Source: Macrostomum hystrix (lineage: Eukaryota; Animalia; Platyhelminthes). Taken from it: a stretch of DNA of 64,000 nt. A model generated the notes under the pieces. The model saw only the letters and a list, made by a program, of their open reading frames with translations. It was not told the DNA's origin and made no database searches. The translations under genes and the position numbers were made by a program. Shown here one piece after another: positions 1-17,790 of the stretch (position 1 is the stretch's first letter; each line of letters opens with the position of its first letter). The stretch covers positions 496,001 through 560,000 of the forward strand of contig CATNEN010000027.1 in assembly GCA_950097015.1 (NCBI GenBank). The letters are read 5' to 3'.

Positions 1-53
1 TTAACCTCAATTCATCAAAACGATGCGACAGAAAGATATTTGAGAACTGCTAC

Positions 54-6793
<6,740 letters not shown>

Positions 6794-8344
6794 TTTTTCG
6801 AAAATGAGCACCAAAAATTTATATAATTAAAACCCTGTTACCTACAAGATTACTATTTCTTTAAAACAGGAAATAATATGACGAAATAGTGCTGAATATC
6901 GATCAAATTATTTTATTTCGCTGAAATCCTCGTGATAAAATTTAATTATTTTGTTCATTTTATCAAAATTTAAGACTAAAAATAAATTAAGCCCTTATTA
7001 ACACTTTACTGTCGCAGTAAATTAGATCATAAATTTCTGTATGCCTTAGCACAACAGTATTGACTATAAAAAATCACGTCATCTCCTGCGATTACGTCGC
7101 AATAAAACTATTATAATTATATTAATAAATTAATTATAATTATATATTACGTCGCTTACTACTATGTGTAAGCAATTAAATTCAATAATGAATGCGTATT
7201 TCAATCACACGCAGAGCTTTTAAACTCCAAATTTTGCAGTAAAAACAAGTCGAAACAATGAAATTCTTGAATTCACTCAGTATAGCACCCAGTAAAAGCA
7301 AATGCACTTTTTACGGCGCGTAAGTAAAATTTCCATTATTCGTCCGAACCTGCATGCTGCAGCTCTATCAAGTTGAATAGGGAGATCCTAATCAAAAGTA
7401 ACTATTTTATGAAATTGACAACCTAGATACTAGTGGCTCATGCTAAGGGGTCTAACTAGTTACGGTAAGGTACTGGGATAACTTAAATGTTGAAGAACAG
7501 CATATATATTGCGATGGTAAATACAGTACATACAATACAATACAATAATAAAAGCCTGTGCTAAATGATACAGTAGAAAAATCTAAAAATAATAAACGCG
7601 AATAGTGTGTCGCATTCTAAAATTTATGACGGGGAGCAACTAAAGACAAACAATATAACTAAGAGCCTTATAGAATGAGAAGGCTTTTATTTGATTTATT
7701 TCTTTTAGATAAAAGAGCGATCTTAAAATCTTTGTTAGATATATCAAGCCTTTTTAAATTTAACAAAAAATGAGCTGTAAATAATATTATGGTAATCAAG
7801 AAAATACGTTAAGACTACTGAGTGTCACTGGGATTTTGTTACACTTTTGCTGAAGAATTATCTTCACTAAGTAATTAGGATGAATAAGTGTCCATAATTG
7901 AGTATTGTGCAGGGTGTGAAGCGTAAACTATGAAAACGCAAGACAGCGGACTCTTGGCTAAACTATTAACTACAATATTGATGTCTAATTTTAGTCGTAG
8001 TAATAATAATAACCGAATAACCGAATCACACGTGTCACTTAAGCACTGACAAATTTAAGTTATTTTCTGAATCAAGCTGCGGTTCACCCACTTTCTTGCA
8101 ACAACCGCCCTCAAGTCTGGGGAACAGAAGATTAACAGATTCGAGAAATAACTTATTTTGTCATATTGCCTTAAGCATGTTTCTAAAGGTGCAGAAACGA
8201 CACACAAAGCCTAAAGAAAACAAGAGTAGAACTGCACTACAAATGGTCTAACTAGTTGATTTTTTCGGGCCAATGGGGCAAGGGTCGACAGACAGGCTAA
8301 GGTGTTGGTTTCTGAGTTCAATTCTTTAGGTATACTCCAGACGC

Positions 8345-11300
8345 TTAAGCCTCGCAGACGCTTAGAGCAGTGTCGCGCTCCTCAATCAGCTCGGCCTCGG
8401 TAGCCTTCAGCTTCTCCTTGGCCCAGTCGTTGAGATCCAGGCCCTGAACAATCTGCCACTCGCCGTTGTTGATGGTCAGCGGGAAGCTGTACATCAGGCC
8501 TGGCTGCACGCCGTAGCTATTGCCGTCCGAGATGACGGCCATGCTAACGTAGTCTCCGGCCGGTGTGCCGAAGTGCCAGTCACGAGCGTGGTCACAGATG
8601 GCCTTGGCGGCCGACATGGCGCTGCTCAGCTTGCGGGCCTAAATTAATTACAATCAATGATGATTTCTGCTGCGATTCTAGCTACATTTCCTGCTGCGAT
8701 TCTAGCTACATTTCCTGCCGCGATTCTAGCTACATTTCCTGCTGCGATTCTAGCTACATTTCCTGCTGCGATTCTAGCTATATTTCCTGCTGCGATTCTA
8801 GCTACATTTCCTGCTGCGATTCTAGCTACATTTCCTGCTGCGATTCTAGCTACATTTCCTGCTGCGATTCTAGCTACATTTCCTGCTGCGATTCTAGCTA
8901 CATTTCCTGCTGCGATTCTAGCTACATTTCCTGCTGCGATTCTAGCTACATTTCCTGCTGCGATTCTAGCTACATTTCCTGCTGCGATTCTAGCTACAGT
9001 TCCTGCTGTAGCAGTTCACCCTACCGTTAATTAATTATCAGCTATCAATCAATTACTGCTGCGATTCTAGCTACGGTACCTGCTGCTATTATATTTCAGT
9101 TTCCTGCTACAAATTAGTCTAAAATTTTGCTTCAATTCTAGTCATCTAGCTTAGCTTAGCTAAGTTCATCCTAGCATAGTTTTTTTAATTAGACTTTAAG
9201 AAAGGAAGCATCATAGATAAGTGGAATGATTCATAAAAGAAAGAATACAGGCCACATACCTTGATGACAGCCGCGCCGCGCTGCTGCACGGTGGTGAGAA
9301 ATTTGCCCTTCAGCCATTCCTCATTGGCCACAGCGTCGTAAACCGGCTTCTCAGAGCCGTCAAGGCAGCGCACAATGCCGTGGCTAGCATCCGGGAACTG
9401 CGTATTGGAATGATTGCCCCAGATGACGGTGCGACGTACGCTGTTACAGGGCAGGCCCAGGTAAGCGGCGATCTGGGCGCGGGCCCGATTCTGGTCCAGC
9501 CTAGTCAGGGCAGAGAAGTTCTTAGCCGGGATGCTGGGGGCGAATCGGCTGCAGATGAGGGCGTTGGTGTTGGCCGGATTGCCGACAACCACAATCTTCA
9601 GGGATTGGAGTAGATAAGAACGACTATTAAATTTATTCATATTAAAAGCAATAATTTAAATTGAAAAAAATGCCTACGCCTGACTAAAGCTAGACAAACA
9701 GAATTAAGAAAGTATTTTTAACACCAACCTTGCACGTCTTCTTAGCGTACTGGTCAAGTGCGCGACCCTGCGACTGGAAGATCTTGACATTGGCCTTGAG
9801 CAGGTCCTTGCGCTCCATGCCCTCGCGACGTGGCATGGCGCCAACCAGCAGGGCGTAGTCCAGATCCTTGAAAGCCACCTCCTCCTTGTCAGTGGCGATC
9901 ACCTCCTTCAGCAGGGGCAGGGCGCAATCCTGCAGCTCCATAGAGACACCCTCCAGGATGCCAATCATCTGGGGGATGTCTAGCATGACTAGCACAATTG
10001 GCTGCTCCTTGCCAAACACATCGCCATTGGCAATGGGGAACAGCAATGAATAGGCGATTTGGCCAGCAGCGCCGGTCACCAGAACACGCAGGGGCTGAGG
10101 TTGCAATGAGGAATGAGTGTGTACTTAAGTTAGACAACAAAAAATGATCTACTTTTTGCTAAAACAACTGAAAAAAAGAGCTTAAAATAAGTATACACTG
10201 GCATATCACTAGCAATCGTCAGCAAATTATATAATAATTTTAGCACCAGCTTTTTGGTCATCATGGACCCAGATATTGAGCAAAAACTGAGCTCTAAAGC
10301 ATTTGTCAGGCTATAAAGTAATAATTCATTGGGCACAGTTGCTTGTCAAAGCTTTAATAGCAAACCTTCAATAGATCCATAGATTCTATAGATCCAACTT
10401 ATTATTATTTGACTGTAAACACAGAGTTCATTGTTTAGGTGTTCTTTATCTGAATATATTTTTAGCTCACTAATGCTTGCTACTGACATAAGCTGGCCAA
10501 AATTTGAGGGACACTGTTTTGAGCTCCCATTGCAACAGGATGGCAATAGTTATGGAATTTTCCTGAATTGGTTGGCACAATTTTTATAGTGTTATAGACT
10601 TATTGCCAAAAAAATTGGCATGCTTTGCTCTAGTAGACCAACAAGGGCATTGAATCTCACTTTTTTGTATGCAGCAAAAATATTGCCACACTAGACCTGC
10701 AGATCCTAAGAAAGAACAAAAACCTATGGATGAGTTCATCAAAGCCCAATGAGACTGTTAAATATGTTGCAATCACTAGTCATCTTGTAATTTACTCTCA
10801 CTGAAGTTTGCATAAATATGAGTCTCAAATATATGATTTCTTTTTAATACACTAGTAAAATAGTAGGCAACATTTTATGCTAGTCTGGTGTGCTACTTTA
10901 ATAGTTTTTTCATAAAAAACGAAACATGCAAATGAAAGGGATCCTAGACACTTTGTCATCTTACAACTTCGTCATCCACTTGGAAGGTAAGACACTTCGT
11001 CATCCAGCCAATTGGAATGCTTTAAAGTTTGGTCAGTTCATCATCTACTAATAACAAGCAATCAAGTTTGTCATCAATAAAGTGAAGGAGGGGTGGTGGG
11101 GCAGAGGTGTGAACACACTTCACACTCTAAATTGTCAAAAAGAGTTGTCAAAACTGATTTCATTATAAAAGTTGAAAAGAATCCGGTCCATTTTGGCGAC
11201 AAGTCATTTCAGCGACAACCATTTTGGCGACAAGTCATTTTGGGGACAACCACTTTGGCAACAAACATCAAAACCGCAGCTATAATGGATCTGATAGTGT

Positions 11301-12382
11301 TTGCTTATTGAGTATGTAATGTGTTTGATTCTTCTACTTGTTAATGTATTCCTGTTATAGTAGGCCTATTTGTTTCAACATGTAATATAAATAGCAAGTT
11401 TGGATCAGTTTGGTCCGCGCTCTATGTGCGTCAACCTCACCTGTCTTACTTATAAGTAGCATCATTTGCCGTCACCAATATTTTATAACTAACATGTTCA
11501 TTATCAACTTTGTTATTCTACACAGGTAGAAGTGCTGTCGCGACTTTCGTCCCTGCCTTCTGTCCTCTATTCACTCTTTCATTCTCTGCACTTTTCTTGT
11601 GCAAAATAAATTTGTTCCACAATTTTAAAAGTATTGTCGCCGAAATGGTTGTCGCTGAAATGACTTGTCACCGAAATGGTTGTTGCTGAAATGGTATGTT
11701 GCCGAAATGGACTGTTTCCGTTGAAAAGATAGGTACCAACACAATGTAAGGAGGTGGGGAGGGGTGGTTCTGTTCTAACTTTGAAAACTTTAGTTTTATA
11801 GATGACAAAGTGTCCACAAGTCTAAGTCTCTTTGTCATCCACCCTCTGAGATATTGGACAGATCATCATCTGGATGACAAAGTTGTAAGATGACAAAGTG
11901 TCCAGGTACCAATGAAAGAGCAACCTTATGGATATTACCTGATTAAATCAATTACAGATATTTTGTGACTCTTGCCAATTGGTGCTACATTGCTTGTGCA
12001 TTTGGCCATTTGGAAGCGAATGATGCAGAGTCTATATAGCAACCAATGTGGCAGTGCAAATTTTGTACCAGGTCTTCATCTGAGCCTATGACCTAACTAT
12101 GTCTATCTGAATTAAGATATGGACAAAATAGGAGCTTGTAGCTGTTACTAAGTTAGAAGTGCTGAGTTACAATGTAGAACCTAACAGAATTTGTTAAGGC
12201 ATTTTGCACTCTTATTTCAAAAAATGTGCTTATGTTTCTACATGCATGTATGATTTTGAGTCTGATTTGAATGCATCTTGTGCCCATAGTTTAGAATTAC
12301 AATCATATTTGACAACATAAGCATCATGATATAACTGTTAAGTATAGAAATAAATAATATAGTTATTGCGTACCTGGGCCAT
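8345..12382 (-). CDS. MDH1: Cytosolic malate dehydrogenase, 4 coding exons, 334 aa
   Basis: Exons 12382-12374 (ATG GCC CAG|gtacgc), 10094-9729, 9595-9260, 8638-8345. Motifs [86 protein letters not shown]. Confidence 0.96.
8665..9010. repeat. 24-bp minisatellite in MDH1 intron 3, ~14 copies
   Basis: Unit ctgctgcgattctagctacatttc. Confidence 0.95.
10939..11910. mobile_element. Non-autonomous DNA transposon (MITE) with ~40-bp TIRs and 8-bp TSD, in MDH1 intron 1
   Basis: Left end ggatcctagacactttgtcatcttacaacttcgtcatcca matches the reverse complement of the right end (ggtacctggacactttgtcatcttacaactttgtcatcca). aatgaaag is duplicated at 10931-10938 and 11911-11918. Subterminal gtcatc repeats present. 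Confidence 0.8.
11181..11719. mobile_element. Foldback-type MITE nested in the 10939-11910 element
   Basis: Inverted arrays of ~15-bp catttyggcgacaa units at both ends; direct repeat gttgaaaaga at 11171-11180 and 11720-11729 (TSD 8-10 bp, boundary ambiguous). Confidence 0.78.
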
Positions 12383-12843
12383 TGTATTCCTAGCGATTAA
12401 AATGAGAAGTAAACTAGCTGCAAGACAAATCCAGTACAAATAAAAGTTCCTTGCGAACTGCGCTGCTTATAGTAAGTAAATTAGCGTCAAAACAACGAAC
12501 TCCCCTGACCTTGTAGTGATACGAAATCAAATACATAAGTCAAAACATTTAAATTATATTTTTTTGTTCAAAATTGTGAAAGTATACAAAAATTCCTTAA
12601 TACTTCTAAATACATTGTCAATTTAGAAGAAAATTGTTATACTGTGTCTACCAGACTTTTACCGGCTTTATTAAAACATTATCTTTTATCATAATTTAAA
12701 TTTGTTCGAAAAGTTAAATCTTCTTCCATTTCCTGAGTTTATATATTTTTTTCGTTTTAATTTTGCGGAAAATGTAATAAAAAATAATACGAAACATAAC
12801 ACAAAAATACAAATATAGAGGTAAACAAAGGGACTTTCAAACA

Positions 12844-13263
12844 GAAGAGCAAACGTCAAAACAAACATTGATTCTATTTAAACTGCCGACGCGTTTCGTG
12901 TGCAAGGCGTGTTGTGACTGTGAGCCTATGCAGTGTTCAATGTGATGGATGGATGGAGCAGCAACTCGGTATTTTTTTCTTGTTGTGCGCGGTGGTGAGG
13001 TGGATGCACCCTCTTAACTGATTGGTTCGTTGATATAAAAGTTTACAGCATGTACATTTTTCTTCGTTGCTTTTGTTTGTTTTTGTTCGCTCAATATTTT
13101 TTCGATTCAATTTAAATACATTTTCGGTTGTGTTTTTCGTTGGTTTGTTTGCCCTGAAGATGTCCGCTTTGGACGAAACGCGTCGGCAGTTTAAATAGAA
13201 TCGATGTTTGTTTTGACGTTTGCATGCTCTTTTGCTACTTTTAAAGCGAGCGACATTACCACA
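12844..13263 (+). mobile_element. Penelope-like element remnant (pseudo-LTR with partial inverted copy)
   Basis: 51-bp inverted repeat 12849-12899 / 13173-13223 (1 mismatch), hammerhead motif, T-rich tract, flanked by 12-bp direct repeat gactttcaaaca (12832-12843, 13264-13275). No RT or GIY-YIG coding sequence recognised. Confidence 0.6.
13148..13189 (+). ncRNA. Minimal type I hammerhead ribozyme motif
   Basis: uugcc-CUGAAGA-u-GUCC(gcuuu)GGAC-GAAA-CGCG-UC-ggcag. Stem I uugcc/ggcag (5 bp including one G-U), stem II GUCC/GGAC, palindromic stem III ACGCGU, GUC cleavage triplet ending at 13184. Confidence 0.72.
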
Positions 13264-13950
13264 GACTTTCAAACAACTGACCAATCACAACTCGTCGGTG
13301 GGTATAAATATATAGTGCAGGGTTAGTAAAGGTTCGTAAATGGTCGTAAAATCAGGCGCATTTCAGCTGATCAAATTCGAAGAAAAAAAATTGTGAGGAT
13401 GCGCCACAGGGTGGTGTCGCAGACGTCGAGTGGGATGATGCCGACGCGAAAAGTTTAATATACACTTTTAGAAAGCGTGTTGTTGATTTTATATTTAAAC
13501 TACTTTCGTTCGTGAGTTTACTGTATTATACAATCCGTATGTCTCAAAAAAATTCTAGGCATAACTTATGAGCCCTATATATATGTAACTAAATTACCGC
13601 TACTCGTAAGTTACAACGGTAGTTTAATTTATTTAAAAGTCAACATCATGATTTAAAGGAACAACTCAACTTTACTTATAATACTCATGTATTTGATCTC
13701 GGATCACGTATAAAGTTGTCCAGAAGTTTGGTACGGTAGCTGTTTTGAATAAATTATTATTTAACTACTGTACTGATATAGAAGAAAACCTTTGACATAC
13801 GTATTATCATGTAAAAGGGCAATTTTGGCACTCGCTTTAGTAACTTGAAGACATTATTGATACATTGTATGCAATTTTAGTTCTAGAATGTGCTTATAAC
13901 AATGTTCTGTGATTTTTTGGACAATTAAAGGATGGCTGAGTTATCAGTTA

Positions 13951-16333
13951 TCAATCTGTCTTCTTCATCACCCAGCGAGAATCGGCACTGGCGAAAACAA
14001 GCCTGAAAAAACATGAGAAAAAATATTTATGTTATTATTGTCAGGCTACTTGTATTTTTGTGCTGCGTCTATGTCGGGCGGATAGAGGGCTATAAAGAGG
14101 GCCGATCAAGCTCAGTAGAGGGCGTATAGCTCAGGTGTCGGACTATGGATCAGATGGTCCTGGGTTCGACTCCCGACCTAGTCTAGAACTATTCGTGCAG
14201 CCTTTGGCAAGCTGCTTTGCCCTGATGTGCACACAGTCTACTCAGCTGCAAATGAGTACCGGCAATTCATCGGGTAATAATAATTCCGGCTTGCGTAGAA
14301 TAAAGCAGTTCTGTGCGGCAATTAGCTGGGTTCGGATGCTGCCGATATGTTTGGAAAAAATAAATTCCATTGCTGACACGCGGCTGTCAATCAGTGTCCG
14401 AGAGAGCCGGGGAGTACAATAGGTGTGCAGTCCCCGCCTGCTAGTGTGCTTGACACACAACACCTGCACTGGCCCTTGGGTCTAGTGTCATTATTATTAT
14501 TATATTTATTATATCGGGCAGGAGCTATGCATAATCTGTACCATCAGACCCTCCATTTTTCACCTGCATTGTAATCAGGTTGTTTATATGCACATAGCTC
14601 GTATACTCTCTACTCATAGTAGCGTAGACTTACTTATAAATGACGCCGGCCAGAGCGCCGCCAACCAGAGGGCCAACAAAGTAGATGTACAAGCTCTCCG
14701 CTGGCTTGTGCTTACCAATGGCAAGGGCGGAAATGGCCGGACCGAATGAACGGGCCGGGTTCATTGAGCCCCCAGTGACGTGACCGCTGCGGGTTTTAGA
14801 TCATTTAGTTTCGTGGACTTCATCCTAATATATTAGTTATAATTCAAGGTTAAAAAATGAAAATCACCTGCACAGCACTCCGCAAAGAACGGCCACGCCA
14901 ATGGCCAGCGGAGCGAAGCCGGTCTTGTTCTTCTGGTCCGTGCTCATCAGCACCACCAGCACTAGCAAGAAGGTGATGATGGCCTCGCCAAGGATGGCCC
15001 GTCCGGGATCTAGGCCGTCCATAGGGAAGTGGCCGGCCATGCGGACGGTGGATGGCGACAGGCTTGTCGGTGTGGTGCTCTCGGGGACACCGATTTTCAT
15101 GACCTTGGAAACCAAGGCGGCATCAAGGTGTCAGACTGACAGGCAAAACATTTTCACGCAATTTCCAACTCACGTTCAATTAAGGTTGAGAATGAGGTCG
15201 AAGGACACCGATCATGAATGGATTAAGAATAAGGTCGAAGGACACCGATCACGACTGGATTGAGAATGAGGTCGAAGGATACCGATCATGAATGGATTGA
15301 GAATGAGGTCGAAGGATACCGATCATGACTGGATTGAGAATAAGGTCGAAGGATACCGATCATGACTGGATTGAGAATGAGGTCGAAGGATACCGATCAT
15401 GACTGGATTGAGAATGAGGTCGAAGGACACCGATCATGAATGGATTAAGAATAAGGTCGAAGGACACCGATCATAATTGGATTAAGAATAAGGTCGAAGG
15501 ACACCGATCATAATTGGATTAAGAATAAGGTCGAAGGACACCGATCATGACTGGATTAAGAATAAGGTCGAAGGACACCGATCACGACTGGATTGAGAAT
15601 AAGGTCGAAGGACACCGATCACGACTGGATTGAGAATAAGGTCGAAGGACACCGATCACGACTGGATTAAGAATAAGGTCGAAGGACACCGATCATGACT
15701 GGATTGAGAATAAGGTCGAAGGACACCGATCACGACTGGATTAAGAATGAGGTCGAAGGACACCGATCATGACTGGATTGAGAATGAGGTCGAAGGACAC
15801 CGATCATGACTGGATTGAGAATGAGGTCGAAGGACACCGATTTTGACGTCGGCCTCTCACCAGGGCCAGGAAGGCGCCAACCAGGGCTCCCAGCAGCTGG
15901 GCGATTGGGTACAGGATGAGCAGCGGCCAGGTCATTTTGCCTGCGATGAAAACGCCGAGCGTCACCGCCGGGTTGAGGTGGCCGCCGCTGTGAATTTATG
16001 AGAGTTATGTTAAATCTTCAGCGGCTCAGTGTAGTTATGCGTTCCGACACTGAATCTGCAGTTGCCATCGTCAGCTTACCTGATCGGCGCCATGATGGTG
16101 ATCAGCACAAACAGAGTAAACCCGTGCGCTATGGCGATGCCAGTAATCTTCTGCGTGGAGTACACGGCCATGATGTCCACGAACACGAACAGCAGCAGGC
16201 CAAAGAACTCGGCCAAGCCTGGTCGCAAGAACTTCGCGTAGATGTACTCGCCCCTAGTCAGCGTCTTCACCTCGTGCTCCTCGCCGTCTTCAGACATTAT
16301 CACGTATTTGCTTTCTTGCTGCTGCTGCGACAT
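13951..16333 (-). CDS. Aquaporin (MIP family), AQP8/TIP-like, 5 exons, 273 aa
   Basis: Exons 16333-16080, 15987-15861, 15103-14868, 14786-14634, 14002-13951, phase-compatible. [52 protein letters not shown]. The exon 3 acceptor and the terminal exon are inferred from frame and splice consensus. Confidence 0.92.
14100..14512 (+). mobile_element. tRNA-derived SINE (tRNA-Arg-like head, CORE-like centre, (TTA)n tail) in the last aquaporin intron
   Basis: A-box-like aagctcagtag, B-box ggttcgactcc. gtgtcggactatggatcagatggtcctgggttcgactcc resembles the tRNA-Arg(ACG) anticodon/T arms. Centre cctttggcaag...ctactcagctgcaaatgagtacc; ttattattat tail. Confidence 0.8.
15183..15840. repeat. 37-bp minisatellite filling aquaporin intron 2, ~18 copies
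   Basis: Unit gagaataaggtcgaaggacaccgatcatgactggatt. Confidence 0.95.
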
Positions 16334-17187
16334 GTGTGTGCTGGCTCTGCTTGCGGCCTTTCTATCCGAATTCCTCTTAACTTAGTTTCTGGCCTGGTTT
16401 TCTTAAGCCAGCCCTAAATCTCGAAAATGAGAGCAGCCGAGATAAGCATAATGCGCCTTTAAAAACCCAGAGAACAGGCTTCACAAGACAACAATAGACG
16501 ATAGAAGACTAAGAAGCGAATTGCGACACGAGAATCAGGCAGAGAGTGCACAAGAAGGTGGCAGGCAGATCGTGGAACACGTGCAAAACGTGAGCAAGTT
16601 TTCAATATGTGAGACCCCACTACATAAGACTATGCACAGAACTTCACAAAACCCCATTGCCAAAAATGCTCAGTAGAGCTGCTGCCACTGCTACCGCAGG
16701 TATGTCTTTGAAAAGAAAAGAATTGGAATAGAAAATAATAGAATAGCACAGAGGCCGGCCAACTACCTAAAGAAACGTGTGATGGTTGTTTACTAGCGCC
16801 CCCGACCCTCCGGTGGTGGCGCCATTAGCGCAAAGACCCGAAATAAAATTGTTTGTATACTGCCACTACATTGTGTTAGGAAGGCCTCCACTGCCTTAAT
16901 GCCCTAAAGCTAATATAATCTGTAGAACGGCGTCTAAAATGCTGCTTAAAATAAAGAACTATAAATGTGCATTAAATGGCTTTCAGACCAAAAGAGGAAT
17001 GCTGTTTTTATTTTGTCATTTTCAATAAAAGTTAAAATAACGACAAGCAGGCTAATCACTTAGCCAATTGCATTTTTATGTTTTGGCCTTATTTACAGAA
17101 ACCAACTAATTGAGAGGCCTTGTGCTCTCATTCCAAAATTTAGCGAGCTTACGTATATATGATAAAATAAACAATAGTATTTGCCCA

Positions 17188-17587
17188 AAGACGCGATCTC
17201 ACCCGAAGACACGACCTCGCACAAAAACGATCGAGATCTAACCCAAAGACACGACCTCGCACAAAAACGATCGAGATCTAACCCAAAGACACGACCTCGC
17301 ACAAAAACGAGATCTCACCCGAAGACACGACCTCGCACAAAAACGAGATCTCACCCGAAGACACGACCTCGCACAAAAACGATCGAGATCTCACCCGAAG
17401 ACACGACCTCGCACAAAAACGATCGAGATTTCACCCAAGACACGACCTCGCACAAAAACGAAGTCTACCCGAAGACACGACCTCGCACAAAAACGAGATC
17501 TCACCCGAAGACGCGACCTCGCAAAAAAACGAGATCTCACCCGAAGACGCGACCTCGCACAAAAACGATCGAGATCTCACCCGACGA
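17188..17587. repeat. 36/40-bp minisatellite, ~10 copies
   Basis: Unit aagacacgacctcgcacaaaaacgagatctcacccg, with an atcg-insertion variant. Confidence 0.9.
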
Positions 17588-17592
17588 CGCAA

Positions 17593-17790
17593 TCTTACTT
17601 ACTTACTAACGGCGGGGGTGGAACACCGCGAATAGGTCGCGAGGCACCAATCGGCGATGGATGCCCGTGGCCTGCAAGACGGACATCGACAACCTGAACC
17701 GCGCTCAGCGACTGGGCGCGCGCATCATCACCGGGTGTGCACGCAACACCAGAGCGGAGTTGCTGGAGCGTGAGGCTGGACTGTCACCGA
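17593..17790. mobile_element. Non-LTR retrotransposon fragment (RT/RNase H linker on + strand joined to a minus-strand (TAAG)n tail)
   Basis: 17661-17790 translates to NRAQRLGARIITGCARNTRAELLEREAGLSPM, resembling the post-RT ARIITG...T...LE.EAGL.P motif of I/R1/Loa/Tad-group LINEs; cttacttacttac at ~17595-17607. Confidence 0.6.

Noticed and set aside
8563-9034. Cys-rich (CCDSSYIS)n and (AAILATFP)n ORFs
   Set aside because: Translations of the 24-bp intronic minisatellite, antisense to MDH1.
10190-10270. Box C/D snoRNA in MDH1 intron 1 (ATGATGA...CTGA)
   Set aside because: No terminal D box or closing stem found at a suitable distance.
14100-14185. Functional tRNA genes here and at 43850-43910
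   Set aside because: The cloverleaf is broken (acceptor and D arms do not pair) and both run into SINE bodies.
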